A stretch of 64,000 bases of DNA. Origin: Trypanosoma brucei. Lineage: Eukaryota. The stretch covers positions 1,792,001-1,856,000 of the forward strand of contig CP000071.1 of assembly GCA_000002445.1 (NCBI GenBank). Reading direction: 5' to 3'. A program made the translations under genes and the position numbers. This document shows positions 22,348-33,048 of this stretch, piece after piece. The notes below the pieces were generated by a model. That model did no database searches. It was not told where the DNA came from and was given only the letters and a program-made list of their open reading frames with translations. The stretch's first letter is position 1, and each line of letters opens with the position of its first letter.

Positions 22348-23148
22348 ATGACAACATTGCACACTATTTCCAGCCTTGACTACGGTGATGGGCGGACATG
22401 TGTTTGCCGTATCTGTGTCTGCGGCAAACACAGGTGTACTGACCCAAAGTTGCCCTTCTTCGGGGAAACCACCTACAGAGATGAGTACGTCCCAAAGAGC
22501 ACCGTGCGTGATATTGGCCGCGCAAGGCCCTCCACTGTATTTCCCATGAAAGCGGACCCGGGCCACTTCAAAACCACCAAGCAGGAGGCGTGGGAGCCAC
22601 TTGAGGGCAAAATAGTGCGCCCCGCGGAATCCTTCAAACCGCGCACGGTGCTTGGGGAGCCTCTTCCCTTTAATGCCACCACCACACACCGCAATGACTT
22701 TCCGGGGCACCTCCCCGATCACCACCGAGCCCGCTACAAGCAGGAACCGTTGCCTAAACTGAAGGGGACCTATGAGACAACCAACCAGGCAATGCAGGAG
22801 CCCCTGAACAAGCACCTCGAGGCGGGAGAAATGCCGAAACCACCACAACCGTTCCGTGGCGATGCTACTTTGTTGCGCTCCCTGCCGTTTGACGCTATGG
22901 CAACGTACACTGTTGACTACCCACCAAAGGAGGCTCTGCAACAGCCGCGTCCGCCGCAGAAACAACCGTTTGAATCGATGCCCGACGTTCGTGACTTTGG
23001 TACAACACACTCTGAATCGTACAAGGTGCCGCCTCACCGCGTACGCCGCGTTTGTCCTGCGTCGCAATTGGCACCGCGTCCGCCGTCGGTAGATGGGCAC
23101 TACAAGCTCTCCGTGTACGCTATCCCCTCAGGAGAAATTGCGGATTAG
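22348..23148 (+). CDS. SAXO: SAXO / MAP6-related axonemal microtubule-stabilising protein (Cys-rich N-terminus plus repeated Mn-like motifs)
   Basis: 266 aa, about 30 kDa. N-terminal CVCRICVCGKHRC cysteine cluster. Motifs of the form T-x-Y-x-x-(D/E)-(Y/F)-x-x recur: TTYRDEYVPK, TTHRNDFPGH, ATYTVDYPPK, SESYKVPPH. From memory, the identification also rests on the position right after VPS34 plus two small genes. Confidence 0.6.
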   Translation: MTTLHTISSLDYGDGRTCVCRICVCGKHRCTDPKLPFFGETTYRDEYVPKSTVRDIGRARPSTVFPMKADPGHFKTTKQEAWEPLEGKIVRPAESFKPRTVLGEPLPFNATTTHRNDFPGHLPDHHRARYKQEPLPKLKGTYETTNQAMQEPLNKHLEAGEMPKPPQPFRGDATLLRSLPFDAMATYTVDYPPKEALQQPRPPQKQPFESMPDVRDFGTTHSESYKVPPHRVRRVCPASQLAPRPPSVDGHYKLSVYAIPSGEIAD

Positions 23149-23560
23149 AGTCCGTAGTGTTTATGATTGCGACTGTCTACGTTGTTTCGGGGATATTCTC
23201 CTATCCTTTCCATTTCATCTTTCTCCACCGTTCACTCGTTCTGTCGTTCTGTTTTGTTTTGTTTTTTCGTCTCTTTCCAGTGCTGTGAAAACGCTGCATG
23301 TACGTATACGCGGCTGTCCTAGCCGCCTCACCTTCTGCATTCGACTTATTATGGTAACTACACCGAAAGAAGAAACAGAGAAAAGAGGCGAAAACGGGAA
23401 TGGGACGGCGGAAATAAACATCGTTTTCAAACTGGATTTAGGAGCGACTAGGTGGAAGAGTGTCCGTGTGTAAGGGGAAATAAGCGAAGGGAAAGTGAGG
23501 AAAAATATCCTGTTTTTGCATGTATGTCCAGAGACGACTGAACGACAAAGATTCACTTGT

Positions 23561-23596
23561 ATGTGTGTGTGTGTGTGTGTGTGCTTGTGTGCGTGT
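23561..23596. repeat. (TG)n microsatellite
   Basis: tgtgtgtgtgtgtgtgtgtgtgcttgtgtgcgtg downstream of SAXO. Confidence 0.8.
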
Positions 23597-24215
23597 TTTT
23601 TTTATTGTTTTTTTTTTCCTTCTTCACGCGTTCCCGTCCCTTTCTTCTCCCTTTCCCTTCGTGTTGTTTACTGTAACCTGTTGCCACTCCTTCACGCACT
23701 TGAGTTTAGATAGTACCTGTGGTTATTGTCCAACAACTCCATTCTTACGAGCAGCATTCACTGCAGGCCCCCGGGGTACTTTTCTTTCTGATTTCGACCC
23801 GGATTTCCCTTTAATGTTTAATGTTTGGAAGTTGGCCAATTTATTATTATTATTTTTTTTACATTGTTGCTATCATCCTCAGCTTCCGTGGTGCATTCCA
23901 TCTCCTCCCTATTGCTTCCCCTTCCCGCCCATGAGAACCCTTTCTTTTTTTTCTTTTTAAGAAAATGATTCTCATCACAGTCCCTTATTAAACATATTTA
24001 TCATCTCGTGTTCGGGCACTTCCCGCCAACCTCGTTTTCTGGGAATGCTGAAATGTGGTGGAAAGGGGAAGTTTGTGGTTTGTGGGAGATTTAAAAAAAA
24101 AGGGAGTGGAGTAAAGCAGTAGAGAAATATTAAACACTCATATAAAGAGGAAAGAAAGCAGCAGAAATATTCAATGGGATTACAGTCAACAATTTGCTAT
24201 GTCAAGGTGGAGTTG

Positions 24216-24275
24216 AAGAGAGAGAGAGAAAGGGAAAGAAAGGTGTGTGTGCGGTAGAGAGAGAGAGAGAGAAAA
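24216..24275. repeat. (GA)n / purine-rich microsatellite
   Basis: gagagagagagaaagggaaagaaaggtgtgtgtgcggtagagagagagagagagaaaaaaagg. Confidence 0.75.
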
Positions 24276-24924
24276 AAAGGGGGGTTGTAAGAACGCACAA
24301 CAGAGGAGAAAAACAAAAAATACTTTTCAAGAATGCTGCATGTTTTAGCGAGGGGATTGCGTAGAAAATCATCAAAAATGTATACTGAGAAGGATGTATG
24401 TTTACATAAAAGAAAAAAGGGTTGTAAATAAATGACCATTGACCAAACCAATCACGGAAAGGCAAAATAGAGGACAGAGGAAGTCAAAGTGTGAGGTGAT
24501 AGAAGGTATTATTGCAAGAAAGTAGAGGTGAGACGTTTATGTCATGCTTCTTTTTTTATTTTTCTTGTATGCCCTCTTTTTTTCTCTTTTTGATCACTCG
24601 TTTGTTTAAGTTGTGTAGTTGCTGCCCATTCATGGGGTTACTGCTACGCATCTCCTCCCTCTTAGTTCTGTTTTTCCTATTGCCATACATTATCATTCAC
24701 TTTTTTTTTTCGTTGCTATACTTAATTTTTACGGTTAGCTGAGAACACAGATTGAATTCGTCGTGAACCCACGCGAGCGTCTGCTGTGTACCTATTCGTC
24801 GGTGCTGAAGAGGCGACGAGACCTTCACGTTCGAAAAAGAAAAAAAAAGTAGCGAACTGAGCACAAGGCTGGAGAATATAAAATCAGCAGGAAGAAATTA
24901 CCATCCAGAGTAAAAGAAGCATCT

Positions 24925-27000
24925 ATGCGCTCCAATGGCGCAGTTCATATTTCTAATGACACCTTCGCGGCCAGTACACGAGATCATACCAATGGCGTGT
25001 TTCTTGTGACGAGTAAAATAGTTGAGGGACGTGTTTGTCACAGGCCACTGGAACGGCACGTTTGCTTTGGCCACTGCGGCGACAGAGAAGAAGGAAAACA
25101 AAAAGACAGTCAATATTCTTTCCATGCCTCCTCCGATGGAAGCCGCGTCGTGTCTATTAGCGCGAACGGTTCAAAACACTATTGTATTGGCGTAGAGGAT
25201 GGGCGTGTTTGTGAGTTCACCGTGCAACATCCTGTAGTAAGTGTTGGTTGGCATCCAGTCAGCAAGTCGTTGCTACTGCTGTTGCTTTCCGGGGGCAAAC
25301 TTCTTTTATTAGACACGGACAAGGTGACACTCGGTGTGGGATTCCAAGGGGACGAATGCGTGTGTCTGCATTCTCTTGTGGCGACCTGCAGGCAAGGCAG
25401 TGGTAAGAGGGATAGCCAAGAAACAGCAAAAGCGGGGACACTCGTGAAGGCGCCTTTTAACTTAAATAGATGTGGTTTGTCAACGCCCGATCCCACAAGT
25501 GAAGGAACAGTAAGTAAGAAATTACATGGAACGATAGAGGGGATGAGGTCTGGCTTAGGAGGGCAAGTCCAGGAGGTGGTAACAAAGAACAGAAGGGGAA
25601 AAAAAGGAATAATAAAGAGAGGGGAAAGTGCGAACGAAAGATATGCGTTAGCGCAGATTGATGCCACACAGTCCCCGCGCGTTGATGGTTGTAGTGACAT
25701 AGTCGGCATGTGTATCATTCCTCCTTCACGCAGCCTCCCTGTAATGTTGGTGTTGCTCTGTCGCAACGGTGATGTCTTCTCCGTGAAGCTCAACAAAGAC
25801 GGGATGCCAGCTTCACTGTCAAAAGAATATGACGGTAGTGTGGGAGCTGCGTTCGGTGAGGCACAGGACATGCAGATGGATTCTGTCTTACGCCCGTGTG
25901 TTCACTATTTGGTTCGTCGTGATTCTTCGTCATGTGGCCTCGCTGGAGTCCCCCTGGCGGTAGGCACCTCTCTGTTAGACGAAGACGTTGGACTACGCAT
26001 TATATATGTCATGTACAGCAGCGGAACGTTAGGCGGTTATCTCTTTGACGAACCCGACGTCCTCTGTCGTGATCCCATGCGGCAGCAGGCGGACGTGTCG
26101 GTCGTCCTGGGAGCTGCAGTCCCTTGTGATCACAGATTATTACATGACCATGTTAACGCGTGTCGTCTCGTTAGCATACATAGTTGCGGTAATGCAACCC
26201 TTATTAGGTACGGAGATGAGGTGTACTTGTGTGTGTGGCCCGTGTGGTCGCGTGCTGCCGCGGGTTGGGTGTATAGAACTGAAAACACGGAAGGTTTCCA
26301 ACGGTTACCGACCATTGCCCGTGATGCTAAAGTGCCGGAGCCTGTTGCCCTTCGCGTGCCCTATAGTACCCACGGTGCGAATATTGCGGTTGGTGTGAAC
26401 GACATTCTCATCTTCCCTGAGATGACAGAAACGGCAGCCATGTGTGATTTTGAGAAAAAAGTAACGATTGTTAAAATATTGAGTCTTGTTCTTATCGCGA
26501 TATATGCACGAAGTGAGAAGTTTGTGTTGGCACCCGACTCCACTGAGGATGCTGTTGACGAGGGAAACGACAACGAGGTTGATGGGAGCAGAAGTAAGGG
26601 CGGCAATGTGGTGCAGACCAGCCTCGAGGAGCTACTTGGGCTGATACCTACCTTATGTCGACAATGGCTGTGTGGATATCCCCGTGAGGTCGTCGATAGC
26701 AGCACCGCCGCGGTGGTGAAGGGGGTTCACAACATGCACATGAGGTTCCGCGAGCGGCAAACGAAACAGCTGGAACGGGAACAGCGGCTTTGGAAGCGGG
26801 TTGAGGCTCTCCAACAGAAGCGTGACGAAGTTGCCGATGCAGTCGCGGAGTCCACTGACACGCTTTGCGACGCCATAGTTCACCGCGGCGGGGTAAGTGA
26901 GCTCTACGCTGCGAATAAGAGAATGGGGAAAATTCATGAAATATTGAGTACTCTCAACTCGGAGGTGGAGCGGCGGCGAAAGGAAAAGAGTAAGGTGTGA
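24925..27000 (+). CDS. Hypothetical 691-aa protein: N-terminal beta-rich region plus C-terminal charged coiled coil
   Basis: Uninterrupted ATG-initiated ORF. The C-terminal 120 aa (…RERQTKQLEREQRLWKRVEALQQKRDEVADAVAE…EVERRRKEKSKV) is heptad-like. Confidence 0.55.
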   Translation: MRSNGAVHISNDTFAASTRDHTNGVFLVTSKIVEGRVCHRPLERHVCFGHCGDREEGKQKDSQYSFHASSDGSRVVSISANGSKHYCIGVEDGRVCEFTVQHPVVSVGWHPVSKSLLLLLLSGGKLLLLDTDKVTLGVGFQGDECVCLHSLVATCRQGSGKRDSQETAKAGTLVKAPFNLNRCGLSTPDPTSEGTVSKKLHGTIEGMRSGLGGQVQEVVTKNRRGKKGIIKRGESANERYALAQIDATQSPRVDGCSDIVGMCIIPPSRSLPVMLVLLCRNGDVFSVKLNKDGMPASLSKEYDGSVGAAFGEAQDMQMDSVLRPCVHYLVRRDSSSCGLAGVPLAVGTSLLDEDVGLRIIYVMYSSGTLGGYLFDEPDVLCRDPMRQQADVSVVLGAAVPCDHRLLHDHVNACRLVSIHSCGNATLIRYGDEVYLCVWPVWSRAAAGWVYRTENTEGFQRLPTIARDAKVPEPVALRVPYSTHGANIAVGVNDILIFPEMTETAAMCDFEKKVTIVKILSLVLIAIYARSEKFVLAPDSTEDAVDEGNDNEVDGSRSKGGNVVQTSLEELLGLIPTLCRQWLCGYPREVVDSSTAAVVKGVHNMHMRFRERQTKQLEREQRLWKRVEALQQKRDEVADAVAESTDTLCDAIVHRGGVSELYAANKRMGKIHEILSTLNSEVERRRKEKSKV

Positions 27001-27638
27001 GCAGAATGGCGAAAAGTCCCCGATGCCGTTTTTACAAAACTAAGTGGGGTACGCTTCCCTCCAGTGAACACCATTAAGAGGGGGTTGGTCAGACCGGGGG
27101 AAAATAAGAAATAAGGTTTTGAGGTAAGATGGGCAGTCTTCCACGTGGCAGGCATATGCACAGGTACCGTGGACCGGCAGCGATGTTGCAAAATATGTAC
27201 AAACATATATACGCAATAAGTGCTCGCACAAGGGTCGAAGGTGCGTAAACAAAAGAGCTATTAAAAAAAAAAACATGCGTAGCTGGTTGTGCTTTAGGTG
27301 CCAAGCAGTGTTGTTGAATTTTGTCGTCGATGCTCCAATTTCTCTTCCTTCCCTCCCTCCCCTCTTTCTGGGGTATTCGACCTTCTGTGAGGGAAATGGA
27401 AGAAATGTTAACTGTGTTACTACCCCATTCCTCCTGCTTTTCGATATTTTCCCCCTGAACTGTTCCGCTCCCTTTGGTTTTTTGTCCTTTTCCTTTTAAT
27501 CAAAGGTCTCGCCTTCAGTTCTCCTGTTGGTGTGGCGAGACTAAGCGCCAGCCCAATTTTTCCGTGTTGAGTTGTAAAAGCACATAGACGCACACAAGCA
27601 TATATACATATATTAGTAAAAGCAAAAAAAAGACAACC

Positions 27639-30482
27639 ATGATAGAAGTAGTGAAATCAACCACAAACGCCGATCGCAGCGTAGATAACCAAAAGGAAGT
27701 GATGTCAGTAGATGGTGCAAGTGAGGTAGAAAGAGAACGTGTTTCTCAACTACTCGAGGAAAACATGCGATTACGGGCGAAGCAATCACAACTGCAGGAC
27801 CAACTAGCGGACTTAAAACGACAGCTAATTTCTGAGAGGAGTGAGCGTCAGGGGTTGGATGTTGAGCTTGACGACGTTAAGAAAAGCCTGCGACTCACGA
27901 GGGACCAACTCGACCAACACAAGCGGGAGAAGAGCGAGCTCTCCTTGAAGTTGTGCACCATGACAGCAGAGAGGGATGAACTTGAGGAAAAGTTAAGCGA
28001 GGCGTGGAGTAACGTAGCAAATCTTCAAGAATCAGCGAATGCAAAGGAGGCAATCAATAAATCGTTGCAGGACACCATCCATCGCGAAAGAAGGGAACAA
28101 GACGCACAAAAGGTGCTGATGCAGGCGATGGTTTCGCAATTGTCAACTTTGGAGCAGCAAGTAATTACAGGCGCCTGCGCAGAGGAACAACAGCGCCAAA
28201 CAAGTGATGAAGTGTGGCGTGCCACCGAAGAGGAAGTCTTTCGCTTCTCCAGTATACTTGAGGAGTTGGCGGACAGTCTGACTTTTTCAGGTAGCTTCGG
28301 TCCCTCCGTGGATCGTTGTCGCGAGCTCCTGCAGTTACAACCACGTCCGGCTAATGGGGAGAGTATGGCTGCTGCGGACATTGTGTGTGACCAGGACGGG
28401 CTCAACATTTCTCATGGGGACGAGCCGAGCCAAAGGGTGAATGGCCGCCTGTTTGCCCCCGCTTACTATGCGCTGCGTTATCTGCATCAGAAGTTACAAG
28501 AACAGAGAAACGAATTCTTCGCCTCACAACAAGAGCAACGCGTGCTTGAGGCCCACGTTTCCTCGCTGAAGGAAGAAATTAATCAAGTGAGTAGGGATGG
28601 AGACGGAGTGAGGGAGCGGCTAATGAAAAGTGAAGCGCAGCGTGCTCGGGCGGAGGCACTGTTGCAAGACTCGCGCCAGACGCGTGACGAAGAGGTCGCC
28701 CAGGCCTTAGAAACGCGGCGACGTCTAGCTAAACTTCTAAAATGCATGGATGATTGGTTTATGATTGAACATTGTATCTCTGACAGCTTACAGGAAGTGA
28801 TACAGTTGCGTCAGGCAGTTGAGGAGAATAGGCGATTGCACGAGCAGTACGTGATGCGCAAAGAAGAGGAAATGGATTGCTTGATTGAAACTCACCAACG
28901 GGAAATGGACGAGCAAAGAGGACAGCTTGAACAAATCCGGCGTGAATGCGAACGACATAAGCGTGCAGCTGCATCCACTACCCCCAGTATGTTTGTCCCC
29001 TCCCCAATTCCCCTCTCCACGGGTTCTACAGGTGATGATTCCACCGTGATGGAGCTGGTGCGTGAGCGTGATGCTCTGAAGGTAAAATACGATGATCTTC
29101 AGCGTTATGTTGAGACGGAGTTAGAGCCACTCATGGCAGAGCAAGACAAAGCAATGCAAAGAGAAAAACAACGTGTGGAGGAACTTTGTCGCCTGAGTGC
29201 GGAGATGAAACTAGAAATGAAGCTTTTCCGGGGTGTGTGTAAGGTGTGCAGTCGTAATACAGACGGTGAAGCCGAGGAAAAGGTTATGTCCACATTTGAG
29301 GCCCTCGTGCTGACCCTCCGTGTGCTTTCGGGTGCACGAAAGGACGAGCAAGAGATGATGCAGCAACGCAAGGCTCTATTGCAGTATATATCAGAATATG
29401 AGAGGAGATTTGGAACGCTTAATAGTATCACTGAATCCACTCGACTGCGTCCACTTCGCTACTTTCGTAGGGCTGTTGTTGCAGTGATAGCCGTGAACCG
29501 ACTGGCTGCAACCTACAGAACGAGTTGGCAACATTCGTGCGGTAACAGTTTGAATATCCCCCTTGGTGACACTATTGTTCCCGTCACTGTGAGGTCAACA
29601 GGTCCACAGCGTCCCATGCGAATCCGACTACCCCGCGAGACACGCTGCATCGCGCATGGTGGCCTAATGCACATTCCTCTTCAAAATGTGATCAACACTG
29701 CAAGCGAAGAGGAAGTCACACAGCGCTTGGAATCCGAGTGTCAGGCCATATTTGTGACGGAACAGGAGTTGTGGCAAGTCATGCGCCCTCCTCATGTACC
29801 CCGCACTCTTGTAGGTGAGGTCGCTCTGCAGAGTTACAAACTACGGAGTTTAGTGGACTCCCTAATGTTGTTTATAACGGTTCCCACTGCACCGCAGCTG
29901 GTCCCGGATCCAATTCCTCTTTTGTGGCAAGGCCTCGAAAGGGGACTTAGCGCACTGCGAGCGACACCACGTGAATGTCCACCGTTGAAAGAGGAACAGC
30001 GACGGCTTTTTCACACGCCGCAACTTTCCGTTCGCAGAGGTGATGATAAATCACCACATTCTTGCAGTTGGTTGAACGATGATGCGGTCACACCAAATCA
30101 AATGACGTTTTCTTCGGAGGAGTGGCTATACGGCGGTAACCGTGACGGGCACGCACAGGCGAACATAGCAACGGTACCTGTCCTCTCTCCTTCGTACATT
30201 CTCGGGAACGGTGGTTTAGGGGGAGCACTCAGTGGAAACGGCCCTAGCGCTTATCCGGTTCCACAGATTAATGATGAGTGTACACATGACGATGAAACAT
30301 TGGAGGACGCCGTACGGCAGTCGCTGATGCGGGACGTATACGAATGCAACGGGTTACGGGAGGACCAATTAGGAGAGGGTTTTGCTGCGCATATACTGAA
30401 CGTCATTCAGGCACTCGATCAGCGGGTGATGGGCGCTTTAGAACGCCGATCAAAGATTGGTGAGCGCCGGCCATACCGCTGA
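27639..30482 (+). CDS. Large coiled-coil protein (947 aa)
   Basis: Dense E/K/R/Q/L heptad-like sequence over the first ~650 aa (…LRAKQSQLQDQLADLKRQLISERSERQGLDVELDDVKKSL…). I recognise no catalytic motif. Confidence 0.6.
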   Translation: MIEVVKSTTNADRSVDNQKEVMSVDGASEVERERVSQLLEENMRLRAKQSQLQDQLADLKRQLISERSERQGLDVELDDVKKSLRLTRDQLDQHKREKSELSLKLCTMTAERDELEEKLSEAWSNVANLQESANAKEAINKSLQDTIHRERREQDAQKVLMQAMVSQLSTLEQQVITGACAEEQQRQTSDEVWRATEEEVFRFSSILEELADSLTFSGSFGPSVDRCRELLQLQPRPANGESMAAADIVCDQDGLNISHGDEPSQRVNGRLFAPAYYALRYLHQKLQEQRNEFFASQQEQRVLEAHVSSLKEEINQVSRDGDGVRERLMKSEAQRARAEALLQDSRQTRDEEVAQALETRRRLAKLLKCMDDWFMIEHCISDSLQEVIQLRQAVEENRRLHEQYVMRKEEEMDCLIETHQREMDEQRGQLEQIRRECERHKRAAASTTPSMFVPSPIPLSTGSTGDDSTVMELVRERDALKVKYDDLQRYVETELEPLMAEQDKAMQREKQRVEELCRLSAEMKLEMKLFRGVCKVCSRNTDGEAEEKVMSTFEALVLTLRVLSGARKDEQEMMQQRKALLQYISEYERRFGTLNSITESTRLRPLRYFRRAVVAVIAVNRLAATYRTSWQHSCGNSLNIPLGDTIVPVTVRSTGPQRPMRIRLPRETRCIAHGGLMHIPLQNVINTASEEEVTQRLESECQAIFVTEQELWQVMRPPHVPRTLVGEVALQSYKLRSLVDSLMLFITVPTAPQLVPDPIPLLWQGLERGLSALRATPRECPPLKEEQRRLFHTPQLSVRRGDDKSPHSCSWLNDDAVTPNQMTFSSEEWLYGGNRDGHAQANIATVPVLSPSYILGNGGLGGALSGNGPSAYPVPQINDECTHDDETLEDAVRQSLMRDVYECNGLREDQLGEGFAAHILNVIQALDQRVMGALERRSKIGERRPYR

Positions 30483-30880
30483 CTGAGTGGTGCGGGGGGG
30501 AAGGGGGAGAACTGCCAATTGATCATCAACCAGTGGAGCAAAAACCGACGCGTTTGATCTCCCAGACGTTTTGTAACTGCTGTCAGATACGTACGTTACG
30601 GGCTTACGGTGATCCACATTTGTTGGAATGACTTTTTTGAATTCATAACTTTACTTCCTATTCTTTCTGTGTAAAGTCCCTAATCCATTTTTTTCTTTAG
30701 CCGACGCCCTTTAATGTCAATGCTGTGTGCCGGTTCGACCCTCATTGCGTAAGGGTGTTCTTATTTCCTTCTTTTCTGCACGATAGTATCGCTTCATTTT
30801 CATTTCTCTTTCCTTTTTTAAAAAAAAGAGGGAAAATAATACAATTATTTGGGTTGCTTCTCTACATGATTTAGTGTCGA

Positions 30881-32698
30881 ATGCGGGGAATATCAGCTCT
30901 GTACTACGTGGCCTGTGAACGCGAAGGATGTTTGGCCAACTCACTCTTCGTTCATTTTTGCATAAACCTCGATTCCTCTGATGATTGCCCAAAAAATATC
31001 GACCTCTGTTCGAACTATTTAGGTGACGCGGGTTGTGCTGCAATCATTAGGACGGTAGCCGTTATGGCCTGGGTTCATCGCGTGGAAATGCGGGGTTGTG
31101 GGGCTGGTGAGAAAGCGACACGAGCGCTTGTGGAAGTTGTAGCTGACCATCCGAACCTCCGCTGCGTTGACTTTCGGGGTGAGAACAGCACAGTGTTTGC
31201 CGTATCGGGAAGATTGCTACTTCGCTTGCTGGCTCGCTTAAAAAGGCTTGTGGTGCTCGTAAACTATGACGATTTTCCTCCAACGATGGCTAATAGACTT
31301 CGGGCATACAATGAATGTCACGACCAGCTGCAAAGAGAGGAAGAAGAACATGAGAAGGCGGTCCAAATGGGTATAGCCAACTCGTATGAGTCCCTCCGAG
31401 AAGAAGAAAGAATACGCAATCTTCTTTACATTCCTACACTAGATAGCGATGGTAACCAACTTTACAGCGAAGGAAGTGACATTTTACACCTTGTCGACGG
31501 CCTCAATACGCATATGGAAGACTACTTGGAGGCGTATGCCTATGTTGGACGGGCGGCCGCGCAACTGGCGATTGACCTCGGGCCAACGATTCTACCGTGC
31601 ATCCGTGCAACGGCTCCCGCAGCGCCGGTGTGCTTGTCAGCACCCAGCAGACTTGTGTACCCTGTAGGTGTTGCATCGTCACTACGGGCAATCGATGCCC
31701 TTTTTACTGGATTGCGCGCCAACCCATTCCTTCGTCAGGAACTAGAAGAGGCCCGCGGATCAATACTTGGCATGTACATCACCAAATTGCAAGAGCTGCG
31801 TGGCGAGTACGAGTCATTGGTAGCGAAGCGAATGGGGCCATTTCCCTCCTACAAGGAGTGGAAGTTGGAAAAAGAGATGCGACCACTTTACAACAGGATT
31901 GTAGCTGGTATCACACAAGGCTCCATGTTGGATTTGCCGTCAATGAAACATATCGAGGAGCGACTTCGAGAACTCCGTCAGTTGGTTTTAGACAGTCTTC
32001 TCGAGGGACGGGAGCGAGCGCTTCAAGTCCCGCTCTTGCAGTTGCGTTACTTCGCTTATAACCACTCAACGGAAACTAAGGCGTGGACTGTAGATTACAT
32101 CAAAGGCACGCGGGCGTACATGCACCAAAAGCAGAAGGAAAAAGAACCAAAGTTGCGTATTCGTGTGGATGACGATGACGACGAGAATGAACAACGGGGG
32201 AAGGAGGACTCCGGTGTGGAGTCGGACGAGGAGCAGTATGACAATGAAGTGGTGAAACGACTAGGCAGTGGGTCTCCAAAGCACACTCGGTTGTGCCTGA
32301 AGGCCTTGCGTGAACTTCGTGAAATGATTTCAGATCCGTACATACAAGCGCGGTATGCAGTGACAAAGGCTCTTAGCGACCTACTTCCGCCAGAGTTTAA
32401 GTTCTTTTTGTGTGATTTGGTACTTCGGAGAGCTGCTCTTCTCTACACCCCACGGATATTTGTGCTGGATGGGGACGACAGGCGATCTTCGTGGCATGTA
32501 CAGGGTGTCTGGAACATGGGGAATGAATCCGATGATCCCTATGATATTGTGGGCATATTCCAACGGGTACTCGGAAGGAGAGAATTTTCTGAAGTATTGT
32601 GTGCCTTTGAGGAGTGGTATCGCTTGCATCAAGTGGAGCGATATGACATCACGTATGTCAGCCGCCAGGAATTGCTCGCCGTCATGACGGATGCGTAG
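30881..32698 (+). CDS. Hypothetical protein with an N-terminal RNI-like leucine-rich-repeat region
   Basis: 605 aa. …LCSNYLGDAGCAAIIRTVAVMAWVHRVEMRGCGAGEKATRALVEVVADHPNLRCVDFRGEN… resembles ribonuclease-inhibitor-type LRRs. The rest is acidic or helical. Confidence 0.5.
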   Translation: MRGISALYYVACEREGCLANSLFVHFCINLDSSDDCPKNIDLCSNYLGDAGCAAIIRTVAVMAWVHRVEMRGCGAGEKATRALVEVVADHPNLRCVDFRGENSTVFAVSGRLLLRLLARLKRLVVLVNYDDFPPTMANRLRAYNECHDQLQREEEEHEKAVQMGIANSYESLREEERIRNLLYIPTLDSDGNQLYSEGSDILHLVDGLNTHMEDYLEAYAYVGRAAAQLAIDLGPTILPCIRATAPAAPVCLSAPSRLVYPVGVASSLRAIDALFTGLRANPFLRQELEEARGSILGMYITKLQELRGEYESLVAKRMGPFPSYKEWKLEKEMRPLYNRIVAGITQGSMLDLPSMKHIEERLRELRQLVLDSLLEGRERALQVPLLQLRYFAYNHSTETKAWTVDYIKGTRAYMHQKQKEKEPKLRIRVDDDDDENEQRGKEDSGVESDEEQYDNEVVKRLGSGSPKHTRLCLKALRELREMISDPYIQARYAVTKALSDLLPPEFKFFLCDLVLRRAALLYTPRIFVLDGDDRRSSWHVQGVWNMGNESDDPYDIVGIFQRVLGRREFSEVLCAFEEWYRLHQVERYDITYVSRQELLAVMTDA

Positions 32699-33048
32699 TC
32701 TGCCTGCACACCGTTGTCGCTTAATCTCTTACGTCACTTTTGTCCTGAGTTTTTAATGTGACACTCTGTCTCGCGTATGTATACCATTTCCCGTTAGATC
32801 GGCGTAGCACGTGCAGGCAGTCACCCTTGCTGGTGGAAGAGACGGGAAAAGGCAAGAAAGGGGAGCACTGGCCTTTTAAAAAACTACTACAGCACTACAC
32901 CGCAATGTCCCGATGCTGTTTCGTCTCTGTTTCGGGGTCTAACCCCCCCCTCCCATTCTTATTGTAATTACTATTACTTCCTATCACTTTTTTTCTTACT
33001 TTAATCTCTTACTGGTTGGTTTGGTAACCATGGTGGACGTAGACGCAT

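Noticed and set aside
22249-23100. 283-aa minus-strand ORF overlapping SAXO, and the 247-aa minus ORF 51051-51794 inside the long cyclin
   Set aside because: Antisense to conserved, recognisable + strand genes. Every credible gene in the window is on the + strand (single polycistronic unit).
30725-30745. tRNA B-box-like string ccggttcgaccc
   Set aside because: The flanks cannot be folded into a T-arm or acceptor stem, and no A-box lies about 30-40 nt upstream. I found no convincing tRNA on either strand, although a by-eye scan is not exhaustive. Running tRNAscan-SE would settle it.
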